Shown one piece after another: positions 1 to 7,407 of a DNA stretch of 32,000 bases. The notes beneath the pieces were generated by a model, which worked only from the letters and a program-made list of their open reading frames with translations, was not told the DNA's origin and did not search any database. The number at the start of each line of letters is the position of its first letter. Within the stretch, counting starts at the first letter, position 1. The position numbers and the translations under genes were made by a program. Origin of the DNA: Candidatus Korarchaeum cryptofilum OPF8 (GTDB lineage Archaea; Korarchaeota; Korarchaeia; Korarchaeales; Korarchaeaceae); assembly GCF_000019605.1 (NCBI RefSeq), contig NC_010482.1, positions 1,440,001-1,472,000 of the forward strand, in the 5' to 3' direction.

Positions 1-46
1 CACAAGGTGAGAGGGGAGCCGAACATATAAAAAGTTCTAAGGGAAG

Positions 47-1075
47 CTAGGGCAATTTACCCACCCAGATCCTCCGCACTAGGGATCTATGCTCCCTCAA
101 ATCGAAGAAGTTAACGATATCAATTCCCGCATCCTCGAAATCCCTCCTATCTAAGAACTCCTTCGGTAGGGAGATTGAGATCCACCCCCCTCTCCTCAAG
201 TAATCCGGGACCTTCGAAATGAACTTACTCGCGAGTTCCCTCGGAGCATAAGGGGAGCTGCTCATCCTACCGTAAGGAGGGTCTGTCACGATCCTATCAA
301 CGCGAACCCCGAGCTCAAGAGAGAGGGCATCTCCAACTCGAAGTTCATAGCCCTCGAGGAATCCGTAAGTCATCAAATTATTTTTAGCCTGAATAACCAG
401 CTTCTCGTTTATGTCCACCCCTATTAACCTGGCCCCGACGGATAAGATCTCCAGAGCTATGCCCCCGACTCCGAGGAATGGATCCAGGACTAGGTCACCT
501 CCCCTCGTCCTGGCTAGATTCACCATAGCCCTGGCCAGAGTCGGCCTCATAGATGCTGGATGAGCGTAAGGCCTAGCTGAAACCTCCTTCACCTTGAATA
601 GAGATCTATCAACTTCCCCTTCCTTCAAGTATACTACCACATGATCGGATGTAATCACAGCGATTATCTCGATTTCCGGATTCTCAAGATCCACTTTAGC
701 CCCTTCATTATTATCAATAACCCAGCCGCCGATCCTCTCCTCCAAATCCTTCCTTCCAATCCATTCACAACTCCCCTCTACCCTCACGCATGTGGCCTTA
801 AACCTACCCGAGATCGGAATTTTTTCAAGCTCATTCAGGGCTCCCGGGAATTCGGAGCAATGAAATAAACCTAATAGTTTACCGAAGCTCCTAGTGAATG
901 AGAGCCTCTCAGATAGAATATGGGGCAGACCCTCGAACGATTCTAAATCTAACAGCAGGCAGGACTTCATCTCCCTGAGGGTCTCATATCTCACATCTAA
1001 TGCCTCGAGAGTTGCTTTAACTTCCTCCTTTGGGATCTCAGGGTGCTCTCCCGAGAGAAGGAATGCTACCCTCAT
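47..1075 (-). CDS. THUMP-domain tRNA (guanine-N2)-methyltransferase, archaeal Trm11/TrmG10 type
   Basis: 342-aa ORF. The N-terminal ~160 aa are THUMP-like. They are followed by class I SAM-MTase motif I (VLDPFLGVGGIALE) and motif IV (TDPPYG), which is typical of N2-G/N6-A methyltransferases. ATG at 1075. Confidence 0.75.
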   Translation of the reverse strand: MRVAFLLSGEHPEIPKEEVKATLEALDVRYETLREMKSCLLLDLESFEGLPHILSERLSFTRSFGKLLGLFHCSEFPGALNELEKIPISGRFKATCVRVEGSCEWIGRKDLEERIGGWVIDNNEGAKVDLENPEIEIIAVITSDHVVVYLKEGEVDRSLFKVKEVSARPYAHPASMRPTLARAMVNLARTRGGDLVLDPFLGVGGIALEILSVGARLIGVDINEKLVIQAKNNLMTYGFLEGYELRVGDALSLELGVRVDRIVTDPPYGRMSSSPYAPRELASKFISKVPDYLRRGGWISISLPKEFLDRRDFEDAGIDIVNFFDLREHRSLVRRIWVGKLP

Positions 1076-2108
1076 GTTCCCTTAGGATCCTCTCGAGCTC
1101 ATTTATTAAATCCCCCAATCCATCCCCTCTCTCAGCAGATATCCTCAATGCCCTAATTTTCATTCCTTCAAGCCTCCTCTCAGCTTCTGGGAACTTCCCA
1201 TCCTCTATATCGCACTTGTTAAGGGCTACGAGGTAAGGCTTAGGCAAGCTCTCCATCAGCTCCCTGAGGAGAGATAGCTGACTATCGAGAGAGTAACCGC
1301 ATGTCTCCGTTGGATCCATCATGTATATGACCGGCCCTCTCAAATGCCTCAGAGCAGCTATAGCTTGCAGTTCCATCTTATTCCTCTCCGAGAGAGGTCT
1401 ATCGAGGAGACCGGGAGTATCAACGAACTGAACCCTCCCTACAGATGTCTCTCCGTGTCCTATTATCAGACCCTTCGTCGTGAAAGGATATGGAGCGATC
1501 TCAGGCTTTTTTGTCGTCAATTTAGATATAAGGGTGCTCTTCCCCGTGTTAGGCATACCAGCTATTATGACCACGGGCGAATTTATATCAAAATCTGGGA
1601 GATCCCTCAACTTCGGGATGGAGTTCCTCAGGAAATCGATCTCCTTCCTAACCCTCCTCAGGACGGAGACAGCTCTACCTAGGAACTCCCTTCTCAGCTC
1701 CGCCATCCTATCTGGATCGCTCTCCCTCCTCATAGATGAATAGTAGAACCTGGAAATCTTCTTTATTGTAGTAGAAGCCCAGAAAACTGCCCCGAGTGAG
1801 TGCTTAATTTCATCTGTCCCCGCGAGGACGTCGAGGAGCTCCCTGTAAAACGGATCTATCTCATCTATATTCGGGAAGCTTTTGACGAAATTTTCCAATT
1901 TTAATGATATTGTATCGGCTACTGACTGAATTCTCCCTATTTCTCTATCCCTTATCGCGGAGATCTTATCCCTCCTCCTCTTGAGGGACTTCCCCTTGGA
2001 GAAAGCCCTCCTGAAGGAGATTTCAATCAGATCCTCAACTGCAGGGGGTTCTAAAATGGATGAGAATGGATTTACCAAATTATCATCCCAAGAAGAATAA
2101 GAGAGCAT
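1038..2108 (-). CDS. NOG1-family ribosome-biogenesis GTPase
   Basis: 356-aa ORF with a NOG1-like helical N-terminal region and a G domain: P-loop GMPNTGKST, G3 DTPG, G4 NKCD. Its 3' end overlaps the next gene by 38 nt. Confidence 0.75.
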   Translation of the reverse strand: MLSYSSWDDNLVNPFSSILEPPAVEDLIEISFRRAFSKGKSLKRRRDKISAIRDREIGRIQSVADTISLKLENFVKSFPNIDEIDPFYRELLDVLAGTDEIKHSLGAVFWASTTIKKISRFYYSSMRRESDPDRMAELRREFLGRAVSVLRRVRKEIDFLRNSIPKLRDLPDFDINSPVVIIAGMPNTGKSTLISKLTTKKPEIAPYPFTTKGLIIGHGETSVGRVQFVDTPGLLDRPLSERNKMELQAIAALRHLRGPVIYMMDPTETCGYSLDSQLSLLRELMESLPKPYLVALNKCDIEDGKFPEAERRLEGMKIRALRISAERGDGLGDLINELERILREHEGSIPSLGRAP

Positions 2109-3213
2109 TGTAAATCAATATTAAGGCGAATGGTGCGGATATAGTCCAAGTGAGCCTCCTAGCTAGTTTATCATCCACGTAGAAGCTCAGGATCTCGGAG
2201 AGTACGAGACCGCCATCGAGAGGCAGCATAGGCAATGAGTTTATCGCAGCGAGTCCTATACTGAATACCATTGTCAGGAGGAGAAACTCGAGTAGTTGAA
2301 TTGAGATCCCGGAGGGCATAGGAATGGAGGGGTCGAAGTAAGGGATGGATTGAACGCCCAAATATGGAAGCCTAGGATCATCGGGTCTTGAGCCGAGCCT
2401 AACTTTGAAGTTACCTCTATCAGTCAGGATATACACCTCATCCCCCGGTTTAAATTTCCTCAATGCTTCCGAGAGACTGCTGAGGTCTTTAACGCTGTAA
2501 CCGTCTACAGCCCTTATCACCACCCCCTCGGGTATCAAGCCCTCGGAAGGTCCCCCCTCGAATACCCTCTCAACGTAAACGCCGGAGGGCCTAGCTGAAC
2601 TCGAATCTAAGGAGAAACCCGGGAAGATGAGCATAGTGATCATTAAGAAGACCAAAAATGTGATGAAGTTCGAGAAGATGCCAGCAGAGTAGATCCCCAT
2701 CCTTTTGGAGCGATTAAGTTTCCTCAGGGACTCCTCATCCGGTTCGACGAATGCTCCTAGGAGGAAGAAGAGGATGAAAAACGCTATCTTCTTCACAGGG
2801 ACTTCGAAGCGGTAGCTCATAACAGCATGCCCGAGGACCTCATGAGCTAGTAGCACGATGAATATCGAGAGGAGGGAGGGGACCGTTATGTCTAAGGTAA
2901 CTCCCGGTATAACTGGGACTATCTGAGCAACTTTAGGGCCGAATAAGGAGTCTATAGTTATCTTCACTAAATAAATAGATGATATTATGGATAAAGCTAC
3001 TGTAAGGGCTATTGATAGCTTGTAGAGCGGTCCAATAAGCCTTGATATTATGCCAATGGGCCTAGACAGGAGCCTCGGGTCTGTGGATATTTCTAGATAG
3101 AAGAATCCGACTTTGAAGTGCTTAACTCTCTTTCTCTCAAGTAAGATGCCGATCGCGTATAAAACTAGCCAAAAGAGGATGATGTTCCTCAGGAAAGTGG
3201 GTAAATCTGTCAT
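2083..3213 (-). CDS. Site-2 protease family (M50) membrane metalloprotease with inserted PDZ domain
   Basis: 376-aa ORF with multiple hydrophobic helices, the zinc motif HEVLGH and the second S2P motif NSLPMLPLDGG. A PDZ-like insert lies around GLIPEGVVIRAVDGYSV. Confidence 0.8.
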   Translation of the reverse strand: MTDLPTFLRNIILFWLVLYAIGILLERKRVKHFKVGFFYLEISTDPRLLSRPIGIISRLIGPLYKLSIALTVALSIISSIYLVKITIDSLFGPKVAQIVPVIPGVTLDITVPSLLSIFIVLLAHEVLGHAVMSYRFEVPVKKIAFFILFFLLGAFVEPDEESLRKLNRSKRMGIYSAGIFSNFITFLVFLMITMLIFPGFSLDSSSARPSGVYVERVFEGGPSEGLIPEGVVIRAVDGYSVKDLSSLSEALRKFKPGDEVYILTDRGNFKVRLGSRPDDPRLPYLGVQSIPYFDPSIPMPSGISIQLLEFLLLTMVFSIGLAAINSLPMLPLDGGLVLSEILSFYVDDKLARRLTWTISAPFALILIYNALLFFLG

Positions 3214-3216
3214 GGG

Positions 3217-4320
3217 CTAGCCCCTCAATATAGCATTGAGTATCTCCGCTAGGGCATAAACTGATGGTATATGGACGTACTCGTCCGGGGAGTGATGATT
3301 TCCGCCCGAAGGTCCCATTATAACTGCCTTTATGCTCCCCAGCTTGTTTAAATAGTTCGCATCGGATACCGTCCAATAAACTGAGGTCTCGAGTCTCCTT
3401 CCGATTGTGCTCTTACAAACTTCCTGAACGTACTCCACGAACTCATCATTTTCAGGCAATTCATAGGGTTCCATGAAGGGAGTTGGTCTCTTCATGAGGG
3501 AGATGGAAACCTTAGCCTTGAGCTCAGGTGTCTTCCTCAGGTACTCCATGAACCTCTTCTTTATCACCCCGGGATCCTGACCGGGTGGATAGTGCCTATC
3601 CAACCTGACCAAGCACCTATCCGGGTGAGCTATTATCAACTCGGGGGACTTTATAGTCAGAGGGGCGACGCTCCCACCTATACCATCCACTTTAGGGAGC
3701 TCTATAGCCCAAAGTATTATCTTAGCAGCCTCTATTATAGCGTTAACTCCAGCTTCCTCCGTTCCCAACGATGAGACCCCTACGACATCCACATCGAACA
3801 CGAACCTCCCGTAAGCCCCTCTGAATATCCTCATGTTAGTAGGCCCCGCGACTATAGCACCCCTAACTTTAGGAAGCAAGTTGCTCTTCAGGAGCTCATA
3901 GGTCCCCCTACTGAAGCCCTCAGCATCGCAAACAGCTGCTAATACGACACCCTTCCCCTCACCCTCTGGGAGGCTCATAATAGCTTCTATCATCGCTGCT
4001 AAGGCGCCCTTATCGTCGTAAGCCCCCAATCCATAGAAGGTATCGCCCTCCAGCTCACCCCATGGGTTCCTAGTCCAATCTGAATAGAGCTCGAAGGTGT
4101 CCGTATGCGCTAAGAAGAGGATATTGTCCTCCTTCAGGTTCTTGAACGCTATTAAGTTTCCGGCGCAATCCTTGACGGGTTGATGCACAACCTTATCAGC
4201 ATATCTAGCCAGCAGGTCTTGGAGGTAGTAGATGAGTTCCCCTTCCTTCCCCCTGAAGCTCTTTATCCCTACCAGATCAATTAATATATTTTTCAACCTC
4301 TCCTTATCTATTTGGCTCAT
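3217..4320 (-). CDS. M20 (ArgE/DapE/LysK-like) metallopeptidase-family protein, active site apparently degenerate
   Basis: 367-aa ORF carrying the M20 landmarks AHTDT (HxD), GAYDDKG (bridging Asp), GVNAI and NHHSPDEY (distal His). The usual EE is AE (CDAEG) and the usual GEPT is AGPT. Confidence 0.7.
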   Translation of the reverse strand: MSQIDKERLKNILIDLVGIKSFRGKEGELIYYLQDLLARYADKVVHQPVKDCAGNLIAFKNLKEDNILFLAHTDTFELYSDWTRNPWGELEGDTFYGLGAYDDKGALAAMIEAIMSLPEGEGKGVVLAAVCDAEGFSRGTYELLKSNLLPKVRGAIVAGPTNMRIFRGAYGRFVFDVDVVGVSSLGTEEAGVNAIIEAAKIILWAIELPKVDGIGGSVAPLTIKSPELIIAHPDRCLVRLDRHYPPGQDPGVIKKRFMEYLRKTPELKAKVSISLMKRPTPFMEPYELPENDEFVEYVQEVCKSTIGRRLETSVYWTVSDANYLNKLGSIKAVIMGPSGGNHHSPDEYVHIPSVYALAEILNAILRG

Positions 4321-4331
4321 TCAAAATCTCC

Positions 4332-4928
4332 TCATGCGGTCCTAACAGGTATGAACTCCATCCTGCTTCCCTTACTCGTTATTATGAGGAGATCTATGCC
4401 ATCACCGGAGAGAGCATCTCTAGATATAGCCTCCCTCATAGCCCTCTCAGCGAGCTCAACAGCCTCCTTCTCGCTCATTCCTTCCTTAAAGAACCTCTCC
4501 AGTATTCCCGTCGCTATCTGAGCGCCACTTCCCACAGCAGAGAAGTTCTCCTCCATTAAGCCCCCTGCGGGATCTAAGACGAATATCTTAGGACCGCTAT
4601 TATCTATCCCCCCGACGACGAGCTCAGCATAATATATTCCACTGAATCTCCCCTGATAGAGCAGTATCGAGAGTAACTTCGCGACATTCGTTGGAGTAGC
4701 AGCTTTCTCATTCTCAAGCTCATACATAGTTATGTTATACTTCAGGACGTCCACGAGCTCTTGGAAATCGCCGGGTAGACCAGCTGTGGATACACCTACT
4801 CTCTCATTTATCAGGAATACCTTCCTAGCGGACTTGCTGAGGATGAATCCATTGTAAGAGACTCTCCTATCCGCAGCTAGCACGACTCCTCCATCAAACC
4901 TGAGCCCTAGGGCTGTCGCTAGTACCAC
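4332..4928 (-). CDS. psmB: Proteasome beta-type subunit (probably a non-catalytic paralogue)
   Basis: 198-aa ORF with a GTG start preceded by GAGGGGTG. It aligns without gaps to Ntn-hydrolase beta subunits (D17, RRV18-20, K33, STAGLxGD). Position 1 is Ala in MVL-ATALGL. Confidence 0.85.
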   Translation of the reverse strand: MVLATALGLRFDGGVVLAADRRVSYNGFILSKSARKVFLINERVGVSTAGLPGDFQELVDVLKYNITMYELENEKAATPTNVAKLLSILLYQGRFSGIYYAELVVGGIDNSGPKIFVLDPAGGLMEENFSAVGSGAQIATGILERFFKEGMSEKEAVELAERAMREAISRDALSGDGIDLLIITSKGSRMEFIPVRTA

Positions 4929-4951
4929 CTTAACACCCCTCTTTCATATTA

Positions 4952-5026
4952 AGCCCCGGGCGGGATTCGAACCCGCGCCCTCCGCCTTACCAAGGCGGCG
5001 CTCCGACCGGGCTGAGCTACCGGGGC
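4952..5026 (-). tRNA. tRNA-Thr (anticodon GGU)
   Basis: Minus-strand sequence GCCCCGGTAGCTCAGCCCGGTCGGAGCGCCGCCTTGGTAAGGCGGAGGGCGCGGGTTCGAATCCCGCCCGGGGCT folds as a cloverleaf. Acceptor GCCCCGG/CCGGGGC, anticodon arm CCGCC-TTGGTAA-GGCGG, T-loop TTCGAAT. 75 nt, no intron, no encoded CCA. Confidence 0.92.
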
Positions 5027-5045
5027 CCACTTAAGTCAACTTGAC

Positions 5046-6680
5046 TCATTTATAAATAATACCGGATCCCCTAGGGAGTTTGAAGAGGATCGATATCGTG
5101 ACTAAAACTATTACGAGAATTGAGATGTATGGCAGAAACTTCATGAAATCAACGCTCTCCCTCATCCTAACTTCAACTTTATCCCCGGGGCTGAAGTAAC
5201 CCGCGTAAGCGGTCGATAGCGTAGTTATGTATATGAAAGTCCCTTCATCATCCTCGAACCAATTCGAGTATATACTAGGTTTATCAGAATCTATAGAAGG
5301 AGATCCTCTCTCAGGTACCCTCAGGAATATAGTTGGCGTCTCATTCACGATTCTTATCCGATAGATCCCCTCCTCCCTTCTCACCTCGAATGGGAGTTCA
5401 TTAGACCTCAACTTGATGGTAGGATCACCTAAAAGCAGCTCATTTGCAGCTCTATCATCGGACTTTCCTTCCGATCTTATGCGTAAGTTGTTCACTATCC
5501 TGACAGCATCCCCCAAGCTTTCCCCACTCATCAGAAGCATTAACAGTAGATCCGGGTAAGAAGTCCCGAACTCCGAGCCGACGCTGAATTCCACCTTAGT
5601 CGAGCCTATGTACGCGAGGGCGCCTGAGTCAAGGAAGGAGTAAGCAACGGATTCCTTAGGATTAGTCAGATCTTCGAATTTGAGGGTATCGCAAGAGAGC
5701 GTAATTATTATAGATCCTGGGATCTTCAAGCCCCTTATAGTAGAAGCCGTGATCACAGGATAGCTATCGGATTTCAGGGCCATAACGTATGGGTTCCCGT
5801 GGAGCGATAGGTAGATGATGCTCCCATCCCTGAGCAGAGATCTGGCGAGATCGCCCGTCAAGTTCGAGTAGCTTAAGTCCGGGTGGTAGATCTTAGAGGG
5901 CAGGCCCATGAGAGAGGAGATCCATTCGACCTTCCTTGCTAGGGGGAGATCCTCGACTAGAGAGATCCCGACCAATTCCCGGGGTACCCGAGGTAAATCA
6001 CTAGCCAGGAGCATGAGGAAAGGTGTTTCTATATAGTTTCCAGTGATCAAGCCGAAGGAAGCATCTATATATGGATCATCATCTATTTTAGTCATCATCT
6101 CCAGCAGACGCGCGTACCTCTGATAATTGTCCCTTGTGATGGGCCTAGTAACAACGATAACGTATGAGACGTTCCTCAAGAGCGAAGGATCGAAGTTAGA
6201 TTCAGCGTCCAGGAGGGATGCATTCCTCAGCAGGGCTGCGTAACTTGCCAGAAAGGAGTATTCGATTCCATCTGAACTGTAGAATAATACTGAGATATCC
6301 CTACCCCTCGAGAGTTTGTCCTCGAACTTATCGGTGTCATTAATAAGGGCAAGGATGTCCCGGACCGAGATATCTTCGAGGTGCTCCGATGCGTAGAGGA
6401 GAGTGTAGGCCAGCTTATGCGGATCTAACTTTTCAATAAGTTTATCATTATATTCATCTTTAGGAATTATGTTAAATGAAATATCGTAGCTATAGATCAT
6501 ATCTTTCAACCTTTCGGCATCGCTTGTTAATATAATCCTGGCACTTCCCTCCCTGACGCTTGGAAGCATCGGGATCAAGCTCGCTAAACTCTCGGATGCG
6601 AATATACTGACTCCATAATGCTCGGAAGATAAGGGGATGCACTGAAGCAATATCATCAGTATTAAGAATTGGGCTCTCAA
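5046..6680 (-). CDS. Secreted, C-terminally membrane-anchored protein with a clan-CD (gingipain C25-like) cysteine peptidase signature
   Basis: Long ORF. The likely start is TTG 6680, giving MRAQFLILMILLQCIPLSS, a signal-peptide-like N-terminus; ATG 6656 is the alternative. Strand-HG motif IIYLSLHGNP (His codon 5799-5801). Strand-C motif SIIITLSCDT (Cys codon 5691-5693), 36 residues later. Next comes FLDSGALAYIGST. C-terminal TM helix FLPYISILVIVLVTISILF. Confidence 0.55.
   Translation of the reverse strand: MRAQFLILMILLQCIPLSSEHYGVSIFASESLASLIPMLPSVREGSARIILTSDAERLKDMIYSYDISFNIIPKDEYNDKLIEKLDPHKLAYTLLYASEHLEDISVRDILALINDTDKFEDKLSRGRDISVLFYSSDGIEYSFLASYAALLRNASLLDAESNFDPSLLRNVSYVIVVTRPITRDNYQRYARLLEMMTKIDDDPYIDASFGLITGNYIETPFLMLLASDLPRVPRELVGISLVEDLPLARKVEWISSLMGLPSKIYHPDLSYSNLTGDLARSLLRDGSIIYLSLHGNPYVMALKSDSYPVITASTIRGLKIPGSIIITLSCDTLKFEDLTNPKESVAYSFLDSGALAYIGSTKVEFSVGSEFGTSYPDLLLMLLMSGESLGDAVRIVNNLRIRSEGKSDDRAANELLLGDPTIKLRSNELPFEVRREEGIYRIRIVNETPTIFLRVPERGSPSIDSDKPSIYSNWFEDDEGTFIYITTLSTAYAGYFSPGDKVEVRMRESVDFMKFLPYISILVIVLVTISILFKLPRGSGIIYK
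5047..5058 (-). promoter_or_regulatory. Candidate TATA box for tRNA-Thr, embedded in the last codons of the upstream ORF
   Basis: The minus strand reads ATTATTTATAAATGA. TTTATAAA is centred about 26-27 nt upstream of the tRNA 5' end at 5026. The same bases encode IIYK-stop of the 5046..6680 gene. Confidence 0.5.
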
Positions 6681-6684
6681 GCTC

Positions 6685-7026
6685 TCACTTCTCTTCGCAC
6701 ATCTTCCTGAGCATGACGATGTAGTGTGAGTTTCCGAAACCGTATTCTCTGATAACCCCCTCCAGATCATGGGAGATGAAGCAAGGGCTGTTACATGTAG
6801 GCGTTCTCTTCACGTAGAAGGCTATCACTCTCCACTCATCATCCCCTTTCATCATCCCAGCGAGCTCCGGGAACCTCTGCTTAGATGAGAGGATCCCTCT
6901 GAGGAAAGATATGGTGAGATCTGATATGAATTTTAACGATTTTTCCGATGAATATCCATAGAATTTTGCTAAATCTCTAACAGCGGAAGAGATAGTACTC
7001 TCCAGATCCTCCACTTCCTTCCCCAT
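6685..7026 (-). CDS. Hypothetical small cytoplasmic protein (113 aa), coupled to the downstream peptidase-like gene
   Basis: ATG-initiated ORF with coding-like composition. Its TGA (6685-6687) lies 4 nt before the TTG start candidate of the next gene. I recognise no family. Confidence 0.5.
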   Translation of the reverse strand: MGKEVEDLESTISSAVRDLAKFYGYSSEKSLKFISDLTISFLRGILSSKQRFPELAGMMKGDDEWRVIAFYVKRTPTCNSPCFISHDLEGVIREYGFGNSHYIVMLRKMCEEK

Positions 7027-7078
7027 GGAACACCCGAGTATCGCGCGTTACGCACTTAAAACGATGCCCCTCAGGGAT

Positions 7079-7087
7079 CTATAAAAG
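7079..7087 (-). promoter_or_regulatory. Candidate TATA box for the 113-aa/peptidase-like gene pair
   Basis: The minus strand reads CCTCTTTTATAGATC, directly downstream of the tRNA-Gly 3' end and ~57 nt upstream of ATG 7026. Confidence 0.35.
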
Positions 7088-7098
7088 AGGAGTTTGTA

Positions 7099-7172
7099 TG
7101 CGGCCGCCGGGATTTGAACCCGGGTCTCCGGCTTGGAGGGCCAGCATCCTGTCCAGGCTAGACTACGGCCGC
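7099..7172 (-). tRNA. tRNA-Gly (anticodon UCC) with an unusual C at position 33
   Basis: Minus-strand sequence GCGGCCGTAGTCTAGCCTGGACAGGATGCTGGCCCTCCAAGCCGGAGACCCGGGTTCAAATCCCGGCGGCCGCA. Acceptor GCGGCCG/CGGCCGC, anticodon arm CTGGC-CCTCCAA-GCCGG, 4-nt variable loop, T arm CCGGG-TTCAAAT-CCCGG, discriminator A. 74 nt. Confidence 0.85.
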
Positions 7173-7194
7173 CGAGCTATGTTATAGTAGCGAT

Positions 7195-7204
7195 CTAAAA
7201 ACAT
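7195..7204 (-). promoter_or_regulatory. Candidate TATA box for tRNA-Gly
   Basis: The minus strand reads TGTTTTTAGA, centred ~27 nt upstream of the tRNA 5' end at 7172. Confidence 0.45.
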
Positions 7205-7260
7205 TACGACCTAAGTCCCCCCTCGGGCTCGTTCACTCAGCGAAGTAGTTACCTTTTTAG

Positions 7261-7363
7261 GTAAAAAATATTATAGAATTAAGCACACTGAAAATATATG
7301 TAATTTTATTAGAATTATCTTTTATTTTTACATAAAATAAACCGATATACGTAAAAAATATTA
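7261..7363. repeat. AT-rich tract with a repeated GTAAAAAATATTA motif
   Basis: An exact 13-mer GTAAAAAATATTA occurs at 7261-7273 and 7351-7363, exactly 90 bp apart. A degenerate copy GTAATTTTATTAGAATTA lies at 7300-7317; compare GTAAAAAATATTATAGAATTA at 7261-7281. Confidence 0.7.
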
Positions 7364-7392
7364 CTAATGTACTATCTAGCCTATAAGCTTGA

Positions 7393-7407
7393 CGAAAGAT
7401 TTATATA
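7393..7407 (+). promoter_or_regulatory. BRE/TATA promoter of tfb
   Basis: CGAAAG (BRE-like) is followed directly by TTTATATA (7400-7407). The predicted TSS is near 7430, which puts the TTG at 7389 offered by the ORF track upstream of this predicted TSS. Confidence 0.6.

Noticed and set aside
1-46. Possible 3' end of a plus-strand gene (stop TAA at 28-30) or a TATA-like CATATAAAAAG at 24-34
   Set aside because: Too little sequence lies inside the window to support either call.
4952-7172. tRNA-flanked, AT-richer segment as an integrated mobile element
   Set aside because: There is no integrase, no partial tRNA duplication and no direct repeats at the borders that I could find. Only two genes are involved. 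I keep it as a compositional note in the findings.
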